Shown: positions 52,951 to 63,878 of the stretch, piece by piece | Layout: every line of letters starts with the position of its first letter | Numbering within the stretch: position 1 is the first letter of the stretch | Assembly: GCF_001194135.2 (NCBI RefSeq) | Contig: NC_068984.1 | Location: 62,490,495 to 62,554,372 of the forward strand | DNA from: Octopus bimaculoides | Taxonomy: Eukaryota | Direction: 5' to 3' | DNA length: 63,878 bases | Notes under the pieces: generated by a model | Databases searched by the model: none | What the model was told of the DNA's origin: nothing | Seen by the model: only the letters and a program-made list of their open reading frames with translations | Made by a program: the position numbers and the translations under genes

Positions 52951-53894
52951 CAAAGACAATTGTTAACAAAAGAAGACATAATCATTACATTCGAATGAGA
53001 TTTTAAACGAACCAAACGCAGATATTGTACAGCTGTTAAAGAAGAACGCTGTCGATCTCACGTATGCTATAAGGACGCCTAAATTAAATTCTCAAAACGA
53101 GTTATAACATTATGTAATGGACATCCATAGCTCATCAACAGATGTCTGCCGTGTTATACTTTAAAAGGCTCTGAAAGTATTCTTTATCAACATCACTATA
53201 GAATATTTTTAAAAAGAACGAGGCTCCGAGACTCATTAAAATAAATTGATTGATTTGATTCTTCTCTTATGCAGGGACGCGAATTTCTGTCGCGATCATC
53301 CGAATACGTTAAAGGGATAGAACGGAATGTACAGATATCGATTACTTAATCACCAGTTTTCAGTTCAGTAGCCTAAAAACTGACGTAAATAAATTCACGA
53401 AGCAAGGAAGATAATACACGACACAGGTGCAATATGTATATATTACACATCAAATCCTATGTGTGTATATATATATATATATATNNNNNNNNNNNNNNNN
53501 NNNNNNNNNNNNNNNNNNNNNNNNNNNNNNNNNNNNNNNNNNNNNNNNNNNNNNNNNNNNNNNNNNNNNNNNNNNNNNNNNNNNNNNNNNNNNNNNNNNN
53601 NNNNNNNNNNNNNNNNNNNNNNNNNNNNNNNNNNNNNNNNNNNNNNNNNNNNNNNNNNNNNNNNNNNNNNNNNNNNNNNNNNNNNNNNNNNNNNNNNNNN
53701 NNNNNNNNNNNNNNNNNNNNNNNNNNNNNNNNNNNNNNNNNNNNNNNNNNNNNNNNNNNNNNNNNNNNNNNNNNNNNNNNNNNNNNNNNNNNNNNNNNNN
53801 NNNNNNNTGCGTTGCTGTGTACATGTGTGTGCGTGCGTTTGCTATTGTATATGCGTGTGTTGTTTATGCCCATGTGTGTGTGATTGTATGCGTG

Positions 53895-53935
<41 letters not shown>

Positions 53936-54429
53936 GTATGTGAGTGTGTGTTTGTATGTATGCATATGTATGTGTGTGTTTGTATGCGTTTGTGCTTCTG
54001 TATTCACTGTGTAAACAAAAGTATGTGTTTTATAGAAACAGAAGCACTTAGCGCGTTCCATGACTACACGAAATCACTTTAAAACTCAAGCCCACCTAAA
54101 ATACTAGTATGTACACAAACCACAGAAAGAAATTATAAGCACGTGTGAGTGTGTGTGTGTGTGATCAGCAAGCATGTATACTTACTAGGAAAAGAGAAAA
54201 ATACTCAAGAAAATATATCTGCACACACTTTTCTCACAAAGAACAAAGGACACACAAAAGTAGTGTGATACACCTGCATATTCACCCATATACACGCAAA
54301 CACTTACTCATACCTACTTACACACAAATGTATATGTATATATGCACTATTATCTGTCTAGCTAGTTATCTATCTCTATGCAGTCATGATTGAGTACATT
54401 GCAATACATATAAAAATACATACATACAT

Positions 54430-54486
<57 letters not shown>

Positions 54487-54495
54487 TATATGCAT

Positions 54496-54526
<31 letters not shown>

Positions 54527-55763
54527 CATATATATGATCATTAGACGCACGTATACAGACGCAGAGACATGCAACTTTTCTATTTAATGATATATGTACA
54601 CTGGTATTTATTCTGCATCTGCTCCATACATGTTGCATGCATCTTGACACACCTTTTTCGTACAAATACACCGAGAAATGCTTTTACTTTCTTGCCCGAA
54701 AATACACACACATACATACGTTACTACATAATTAAGAATTAATTATTAGACCAGCTGCGAAACAATCTGTTAGAGGACGACTAGAGCTGAGAAGCGGCAT
54801 GAATGATCAATAATTTGCAATTAGCATTACTTCGCTTTTACGGATATTATTTAGGTATTTAGTTATTAGAATTTTTTTGTAATTTGCATTGATGTTTTTC
54901 ATTTATTGTCAATATAATGATCGATATGTTATAAGACTTCATATTGATTTCTTACATAGTCGCAAAGCTTCGATATTTTTAGCAGGATGGAAAATTAGAA
55001 TGTCTGAAAGAATCGAAACTGGGACACACCTCAAGGCGTGTGTTTAACTTCATCCTATTGCGCTTACATCATGTTTCCACGTATAGAAAATATGCGATAT
55101 AACGCTTTTACATTGATGTCTAAACTGATTTTAATTAAATGCGCAGATAAAATAACGATACACAACTGCGTCTAAACGCTCACCAAATAACAACCTCTAT
55201 AGTGTTAACAGCCTCTTTAGTGTTATCAGATATCTATCTTTTAGACAGCAATCTATAAGAAAGCTTTTGTCTATTGCCTGTATGGTTAGACGAAGATACT
55301 TAGAATAAATTGTATCTTTTAAAGAGAAAATGAAAACTTCGTTCTTGGATTTGTGACTAAAATTATGAGGAAATAAATAATTGTTGTCATTTACGTACAT
55401 TTATTTATAGGATGTGTTTTATGATACCGGAACGTAGATTATTTTACCCATATTGTAGCGCGCGATTAGCAACAAGACGGAAGTGTACGATGAGGGTACA
55501 GAAGCTGCGATGCATCACCGAATGTGATGTTTACCTTCCAACATCTCGTTCTATTTAAGCTACAATAGGTACTGCGCAAAACTTCTTCATACAATGATCA
55601 TTTCAAATGCCCAGCGGAGAAAAACAGTCGCTCGCAACAAATTTCATTTCTGCCATATCAAGAGAAGTTCCTTCAGTCGATTTGAACCAAATAAAGAAAT
55701 GTGAAAAACAAGCCAGGAAAGTTAATTAAAAAATTCGAAAGCAGGTTACATGTGAGTGCGTAT

Positions 55764-55811
<48 letters not shown>

Positions 55812-56374
55812 ACATATATATGCAGGTGCGGATGCATGCATGTATCTATGCATGCAATGCATCTATCTATCTATCTGTATTATTTTTAGAACATCTCGTA
55901 GCACACATAAAGCCAAAAATAATATCATTAGTTCACGTTCTCACAAATATTAAAAATATGGTTATGATGTCTACAATATATTTAAATAGATATCGCCATA
56001 TGATAGGTAATACAGTTTCCGATTATTCCTGGTAATATACATTAACATATATGTGTTTGTGTGTGTGTTTGTGCTTGTGTCTGTGAGTGTGTGTGTGTGT
56101 GAGTGAGTGTATGTGTGTGTATGCGTATGTGCGTGTGCATATGTGTGTGTGTATGAGCGGGTACACATGCATGTGTATTATATACCTTCGTCTTTGTCTC
56201 ATACCGTCTCTGACAACTGGTGTTGGTTTGTGTATGTTTCCAGTATAGCTGTAGTCAAATGTATGAAACAAATAAAACAATAAACATACATACATACATA
56301 TATACATGCCTACATATATACATGTACATATGTATGTATTATATACAACCATGTTGAGATGGCAAGAAGCATTG

Positions 56375-56443
<69 letters not shown>

Positions 56444-58019
56444 CACTGGACTGGTCTTCACAGTTTGCCGTTCAGTTATTCCAGTAACAGTGAGTAATGG
56501 CCATACCGAGGTGCTGAATGTATGAACATACTAGGTTTGATAACAGACAATGAATAAAGAAACGTTAAAAGCACAAACATTGAGAGAGAAAGAATAATAG
56601 AGACAGGAGTTGTAGAGAGAGTAACATCAGAGTAGTTAAAGGAAGAGTTGTACAAATAATATATTCAATTTTTATTTTATTTTATTTTATTTTCATATTT
56701 AGCCTAAGGTATTAAATAATCTTCGTTTAATAATAAGAATTTATTTTCTCCTTTTGAATATGTATCACACTTTGGATAAAAGTAAAATTATAATTATTGT
56801 GTTTATTCCGCATATCGCGTTATTTCCCATGGTGGTAAATTTGTATTTCGAAAATTGCCTGTCATCCGATGGGTACCACTAGTATTTTCAATATACCCGG
56901 TCATATAAATTAGCAGCAAATATTGTTTGACATACAGTGGTATCTCTGTGTTGTAGCTCTGGACGTGCTTTTATCAGTAATGTGTAAGTGGAATAAAACT
57001 AAATATTTAGAGCTTGGTCTGTTACCAACTACAGATCACATGCAGCTACATGCTTAACGTGTGGCTTGTTGCCAAATCCATTTCCGATAGATAAATTTCC
57101 AAAGAAATAAATGGACATTAAATAATTCTTTAAATGGAATGTTAATCTATTGCTAGGAACGCTTCCTTCCCAGCTTGAAGAATCGTATCAAATAAGAAGC
57201 GTATGTTAACTTGGAAAATAAAGAAAAAATGATTAAGAAAAAGAAGAGAAAAGAGGAAATGGGGGAGGAAATAACGAGAAAAATGCTATAGTATAATGGT
57301 TTTGTCAGAGTATGCAACCGTATAGTTAAATTAAAGACCTTCAAATAAAGAAAGATGAATTTGAATTTTCTCAAAACGACTTCAGTGTGTCATTGGGCAT
57401 GACACTGAAACCTTTTAATCACAATCAATCAAGTTATAATTATCTAAAATAAATACCATACCACGAATGCTTTATTACATCTTCATTCTCTACGCAACCT
57501 CTATGACAATATTCTTTTCTCCTTTTCGCATCGCTTTTATCGTTTTATTTTTCTAATACTATGTCTCTTATTTTATTTAAGTTATTTTAGTTTCTTTGTC
57601 TGGCCTTCTCGTAATTTGCTAACTGACAACTCATTCTTATAGAAACCACCACAGCAAAGACGTGACGTCTTTATCTGCAGCAACAAAACGTCAAAACAGA
57701 ATTCGGTCTTTGTAATTGTAAATAAATACTGAAGTCGCAGAGACGTTGACTCCTTTACTGTAGCTATTTCGCTAGGTGTAATGTTCAAACAATATTTTCG
57801 TCCGTGTAAGGCGTTAAGCTGGTAGAAACGTTAGCACGCCGGGCGAAATGCTTAGCAGTATTTCGTCTGTCTACGTTCTGAGTTGAAATTCCGCCAAGGC
57901 CTTCCGTGTATTGGAAAAAGAGTTACCTGTATCATGGTGATTCGTGCTGGATATAAAAAGGCCGCCTCTACGAAGCCGTGACCAACAGAAAGGGACAGAG
58001 TAGACGTTCTGACTGCGTG

Positions 58020-58546
58020 GGCAGACCAGAATTCATCACAACCCTTTTGAACAAGGCCTTAAGCTCAATTCAGACGGCTATGTAAAGCTAGTGGAAAATT
58101 CGGTCAAAACCTAGCAGGAGAGGGTTGCTGCTGGAAGGCTATATGTATAGCAACAGGACGCCTCTCCTTGTCAGTGTTATAAGTGGTTGTCGGAGAATTT
58201 CTTCATCATCAACCCAATTTCTGGCCTCCTATTTACGGATAATGTTATGTGGAATGCGGTTAAGAAAGATATCAATCGCTCTGCCTTCAACACTAAAGCC
58301 TATCTGGAGGCTAAAAAACAAGGAGGCGTTCAAAGAACGCCTAACTGAGTCAATGAGAAATGCTTGCACCACGTTCTGGAAGTGTTCTGAGTCCGTGTTG
58401 GAAGCTGAGGGCTTTGAGTAAACTATTATTTCCCAGCCGTAGTCTAGTTGATATGTTTTGATTTTTTTAAATGCCTTTATTTTTTGTTTGGATACTATGT
58501 TTTCTCTCCTTTTTTGTGCAAACTGTCATTTAGTACAAACACCCTG
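58020..58546 (+). mobile_element. 3' part of a maT-like (DD37D-type) Tc1/mariner transposon
   Basis: FEQGLKLNSDGYVKL..VKT*QERVAAGRLYV*QQDASPC..WLSENF..NFWPP..D..WNAVKKDIN..NTK..ACTTF..SVLEAEG. Ends ...AAACACCCTG|TA. Confidence 0.8.
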
Positions 58547-58954
58547 TATCTTGGACCTATTTGTAAAAACTAGTTTAGCTTCTTCAAGGCAAGAAAGAAA
58601 TATGTTCTGATTGTATCTCGCCTTCAAACCTGTTTTACCAGCACGTAATCCAAGTACAAAAACATACTATAGTTTGTCTCAAGATTAGGAAGGCAACTCT
58701 AGTTCAGCTCACCGATTTCGGACCAACCATTATCATTTTAAATATTTCAGTGGATTAACGTTCATATTCCAGATAAAGATAGTTTACTGTACTTGACAAT
58801 AATTCTACTAAATGTACTAACATTGTTAACTTATTCTCCTCAAATTTCAGTTGCACTCGAAAGTAGATGAAGTTGATTATACTTAAGAGTAAACACACAA
58901 ACAAGGAGTAAATTGTATTGTTTATGCTAGATATCTAGTTTTAATTCTTGTCAG

Positions 58955-59038
58955 ATGCTAGATTATTTGACTTACAACAGTAATGATGTTGAGAACCACG
59001 TGATCGGTTCAAAATTTACTTCGTTATTATTGCTAAAG
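58955..59038 (+). CDS. Candidate isolated 84-nt phase 0-0 exon (MLDYLTYNSNDVENHVIGSKFTSLLLLK), product unknown
   Basis: Acceptor TTTTAATTCTTGTCAG, donor AAG|GTAAGT, open symmetric frame, outside recognised repeats. No homology recognised. Confidence 0.3.
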
Positions 59039-60949
59039 GTAAGTGTAGCTTTGTGTTTAATGCGCATTAAATATCCCATAATTTACTGTCAGATTTGTTT
59101 GTCGTGTTAGTTTCTCTGTATACATGTATGTGTAATTGTGTTCTGTGTGTAATTGTATACGGGAAAATAAGTGTCATATGTTGCTGTGAGGTTGTCAAAT
59201 TACTAATATGAAAATATTTACTTTATTTTCGATTGAGGAAAATAATATTCATGTTATTAAAAAAGGGTATTTGTTTTGGCACATAATTAGGTTGTAAACA
59301 TTATTATGTAGATTACGTATCATAGCCAGGTTTCGTTTTGAAACATGATATTAGCGAAATACACGTGATGAGAATCAGAGTATATAATAATGTATTTAGA
59401 TTAGGGATTTTAAGAGACAGACATTGCTTATTATTAAGGGTGTTTCATTTGCTCTAGAGAGTTTTTCTGACAGATCAATTACATCAGTGTTCAACATGAG
59501 ATGAAAATATGGCATTTCAATTTAACGTGTACGCAAGTTTTTATGGCAGCTAATTTGTACTCATTTCCATAGTTCATCCTACGTTTTTTTCGTCTTTTCC
59601 CTAAACGTTCTCCTTCAAGATTAAGTCAGCGAGAATGCCTCTGTGCTGTTGTCTAAATTCCTAGAAATAACAGCTGAATCTTCATCAAATCATGTACTGG
59701 AGTACTTTTAATAGAGCAATATTTCCTAATACATTGAATTCAAGTAAAAGACGGATTGGCCAAGGTTAAGAAACCTTTGATTCTATATATCTGCTTGATC
59801 AGGGTTGAACGTGGAGTAATTAAAGGCAGCAAGAACCTCTAGACGAGAAGACTAATGAATAACACTAATGAATGTTTCTCGAAATTCTAAAATACAATAG
59901 ATACTTTAAAAAGCATACAATGAATATACAAAAAATTGGATAGTACTGCATGAATACCTTCCATCATAAATTTGCTGGAACAGTAATGACATATGCTTTA
60001 ACAAGAACATCGGCTACACTTCATGTCAAAATCTTCGTCAATTATATAGCGATCATTTTAGAAATATTACAAATAAGCAATGAAATATGTTTACTTTAAC
60101 CATTTATTTTTCTCAATATTTGATATAGAAATCAGGAAATCAACAAAACGTTAGTATCCTGTTCCTCAAACGATGCGTCCAAAGATTAATTTCGAATTAC
60201 AGATTAATACACCAAAATGTTTTTTATACATCTGATCAACGATCATCAAAACATTAAGATTTGTATTAGATATAAATCATGAATCAGATTCATGTTTAGT
60301 CCTAAGTCGACCGTAGTGAAATAAATCTATGAGCAAAAACAAACAAAAAAAGAATACTATTTCAGCTCTCATTATCTTATGTAGTGTTTAGACGCTGTGT
60401 TATATAGAACTACATTGTTTGATCTGTTTTAGACGTTATGGTGCGATTTGAAACAGCTTTAATTGATATTACTATCAGGTCAAACGATACCATAGAAGAT
60501 CCTTTGTTGGCTCATTTCTGTAAATTTTAGTAATTGTGTCTAAGTGAGAAATCTATATATTTATATTAGAATAATACAATAGATATTGGAATTCTCTCAA
60601 TATCCTTCGGGAATTTATGAAAGAAGTACTGTATAACGAGTTGTTTTTTTAGTTGTCTGTTTATTTTTACAACCATTGTCGTATGCCTTGGTATGAATTC
60701 ATCGGACAGAATTCATTGGACAGAATTAGTTTAACATTCTTTACTTTATGAGATTAAAATACTTCTGAAGTTGAGAGAGTAAAGGACTTGACTTGTACTG
60801 AGGTCGATAATTAAAAAAAAATATTGTACTATGATTGATATAATGGTCTGCTACATTCTCCCAAATTTATGACCTCAAGCCTATACTACAAATCATTATT
60901 TTAATAACTATTATTTAAACTTGGAATAGGGGTAACCAACCGTACATAG

Positions 60950-62650
60950 AAACTAGTTAATGCATTGAATCTCTGTTCTGTTATCAGATGCTGGATTGCT
61001 TCTGATAAGAGGATTTCAAGCTCAGCATACGAAAGATGATCTGTCTCACTATTTCCTTACATATTAATATCTGAGTTATTGCTCTTGAAGAACTGCATAT
61101 GGTGGCTTTGTTACACTTTGACATCTTTAGTAGAAGTTTCTCTGGATATTTCATAACGGTAGTATAATTTCCAGGATATACAGCATCCCAACTTGTACTT
61201 TTTATTTATACTTGGTGTTTTTACAACTGTACGATCGAAAATTTCTCTCCAAGTTCCCTTTGATATGTACTTAAATTTTATATATGTTCTCATGAAGTAT
61301 ATTTGGTTGTTTCAAGCGGCATCACAAACGTTTTCCCTCATGTTTCTGTCCTGTACTTTCAGGAAATGATAGAAATGTTTCTTATTCCATTCTAATATAG
61401 CAAGTCTTGTTAGGTATTGCTCATGGACTGGTTTCATTTGTAAATTTCATTACCCTTGTGTTATATACATTCTCTTTTCCCACTATTCCTTTAATCAATT
61501 CTTTCACACACCTTTAAATATGTGCTTCCCTCTGAATACGAGAAACATTTTTCTTCAGATTTTACACTTACTCGTATGTTTCTCAATATCACTTACCAAA
61601 ATTTAATGATGTGATATAACATTTTTTTAAGTTACTACACGAAAATTCTAACTAGTTAGGTTCCTGGCGAAGAAAAGATTTTCGTGTCGACGTATGCGTG
61701 TGTATGTAGCGTATTCTGAATGCTGCCATTGCTTCCTTTTTCCTATTTAGTCTTGGCAATTCATTTACATTATATTTGTAATTTCTCTAGAGGTTGATAT
61801 CTAATTTCTCATTCTCAGAATTTAATTCAATTTTAAGTATTACTCCAAAGTTTCTTTAATATTTCTTTCTAAATTTGGTTACATTTCTGAGTGTTTAATC
61901 TCGTTGATTGTTACGTATTTGCAATTCTATCTGTGGTCAACTTCTTTTATATCTATTTCATTGTCTAATATATTTCTGCTTCCTTTTATTAGTTTATCTC
62001 TATTGAAGCAATTTAAACTATTGCAATATATTCGGTCTATTTTGCTAGACCGAATTTCATGCCAATTTCCCTACTGAATCTATGCAACGTAGATAACAGA
62101 ATTTCCATTTTTTTTGCTATCTGCGCGCTGTTTTTGAAGTCGACCTAACCAGATTTAAGTTCTTTTTTACACACTACATACCCAGAGTCGTCTTCTTTTA
62201 ATGAGGGTATATTTTACTAGTCTCTCTTTTGTTTGCACCTGTAAACTTGTCTTTAAATTATAAATGGTATGTTATGTGCACCTGTACCTTATTGGTCTTA
62301 ATATTTTCAGATATCAAGGTTAACATTTTTTATTTAATACATATGATGCTTAATTCAATCTTTGTTTTGAGTGATGCTTGATTTTTCAAAATTTCGCTTA
62401 GTATTTCTCCAGTTGAAACTATTGGCACTTGTAATAAAATATACTAAAATCTTTGCCTATTTCGCAGGTTTCTGTTAGCTGTTTTAGTCATAATTTCCAA
62501 TAAAGATAGTAGCGCGTATTTTTTAATTGTATATATTTTCGAATTGTTACATTAACTCCATATTTGTTTGTTGCATCGTTTCCTGACAGATGCTGTAAAA
62601 CATCAGGTTAAATGTATATATGTATTAAAATTTTCTACTTTCTGCGAACC
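60950..62650 (-). mobile_element. Decayed R4/Dong-like LINE (RT through Zn-knuckle/restriction-like endonuclease region)
   Basis: HRFSREIGMKFGLAK (62043-62084; cf. FS.DI.M.FGLDKC) and KLGCCISWKLYYRYEI (~61150-61200; cf. V..YIHW..C..Y.I). Many stops. Confidence 0.7.
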
Positions 62651-63806
62651 ACATCTGCCTGGATTGATTTAACCATACGCCCTTCCAATGCTGATTAAAA
62701 AGTTTGTATTTTGCAGGTTGAAATTATTAGGGTTGGGTTCTGCTACATATATATGTAACCTCTTAAACTAACGGGCATACACCAAGAACTGCTTATGCAA
62801 ACATTCGTATATAAATATATAATACATATACGTGTTTGTGTGTGTATACATATGTATATTTTTATGGATATGTAAATGTATAAAAATAATATCTAGCAAT
62901 CTTTCTTACTATTTATTTATCTGTCTATAATATAATATATATTCTTCGCAAGACTCAATGAACAGCTTGTTAACAGCAAACAATATTATTATGTGATTTA
63001 TCTAAATGTCACACTAATATGTTAATGCATGCATCCACATCCAAAACTGTTCCTTGAATGATCGCATATGGGGAGAAAGCGTAATTTGCAACGAAGTCAA
63101 ACGTGATACCAATATTGAATGCTCAGTCTCATGGTTTAAAATCGAAAGATGTTTATGTATGTTTGGGCGTATTAGATCGATGTCTGATTTGGTGGTCTAC
63201 TTAGCTTTTGAATAAATAACAAAACATTAATTATAGATTCTGAGAGATGGTATATCCGAGATTGTAATCCCTAGTAAAACATTATATTATATTAAACAGC
63301 AAATATAATGGTATTGGTGCTAGAGCATCTCCATATTGCTATAGAATGCGTGTTTTAAACACAAATGTGTGCTTCTACTTTCAAATTCAATTTTGTTTTA
63401 ATAGCAGTCCTGTTAGTAATGTGTTATGCTAGACGTAAATTCAATTTTAACTTTACGCCAGTTCCTAATTTAATAATTATAACAATAATGTAACCCAAGT
63501 AAATGAAAACAGTACAGCTGAATAGTCAATTTCGATGAATCAACGGAATGTAAAACAAAATATTATCGACGAATGTTTAAACCACTATATATGAACCATA
63601 TACGCGCGCGCACACACACACATACAAACACACATACGCACACATACACACACACAGCACAACCACTCAACACACTCACACATACGCGCACACACATATG
63701 CGTATGTATTTATATTATACATACTTATACACAAATGCACACACACATATATATATATGCATATTATGCATATACATACTTGTATGTGTATATAGATACA
63801 TATATG

Positions 63807-63837
<31 letters not shown>

Positions 63838-63878
63838 ATATAATATGTATGTATATATATGTATATATATATTTATAT

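Larger units (their letters stand above)
3460..53807. other. Assembly gaps: ~3460-3624, 9393-9402, 12542-12859, 16916-17111, 18092-18101, 27771-28198, 30577-30595, 31987-32346, 35043-35167, 37392-38186, 53485-53807
   Basis: N-runs, many abutting dinucleotide arrays. Confidence 0.98.
1..63878. repeat. Numerous (TA)n, (CA)n, (GA)n, (AAT)n and (AGAT)n arrays (e.g. 8155-8236, 19790-19920, 22965-23050, 23942-24000, 29700-29760, 29998-30070, 36750-36815, 56375-56440)
   Basis: Directly visible; source of the YIYI/HTHT/CVCV/RERE ORFs. Confidence 0.97.

Noticed and set aside
52329-52959. Minus-strand ORFs of 103 and 108 aa
   Set aside because: They are antisense shadows of the RTE RT remnant.
1977-56497. 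Many ORFs rich in YI/HT/CV/RE/SL dipeptides or X
   Set aside because: They are translations of microsatellites or N-gaps.
57656-57672. Palindrome AAAGACGTGACGTCTTT with a CRE-like core
   Set aside because: An isolated short palindrome is expected by chance.
1-63878. CRISPR array or prokaryotic operon
   Set aside because: No regularly spaced repeat-spacer units and no gene-dense coding; the sequence is clearly eukaryotic repeat-rich DNA.

Overview
Strongly AT-rich eukaryotic genomic DNA, dense in (TA)n/(CA)n/(AAT)n/(AGAT)n microsatellites, with about 11 N-gaps, many opening at dinucleotide arrays. The repeat families resemble those of octopod cephalopods (inference). I find no identifiable host gene, rRNA, tRNA gene or CRISPR array; most ORFs in the track come from microsatellites, N-runs or transposon remnants. 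The window is a layered transposon landscape: (i) at least two lineages of Penelope-like elements (PLEs), seen as four coding remnants (three GIY-YIG endonuclease pieces and one RT-thumb piece); (ii) three mariner transposons, a maT-like transposon and a possible pogo fragment; (iii) decayed R4/Dong-like, RTE-like and CR1-like LINEs; (iv) several tRNA-derived SINE families and Helentron/DINE-like elements. Most notable: a tRNA-headed, SINE-like unit whose tail carries a PLE-type minimal hammerhead ribozyme (45.5-46.0 kb); four head-to-head foldbacks of the same polarity carrying PLE/hammerhead-like motifs; and a PLE with long Asn/Ser-rich linkers and a TGA at a conserved Cys of its endonuclease. 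All motif calls are by eye, without database searches.
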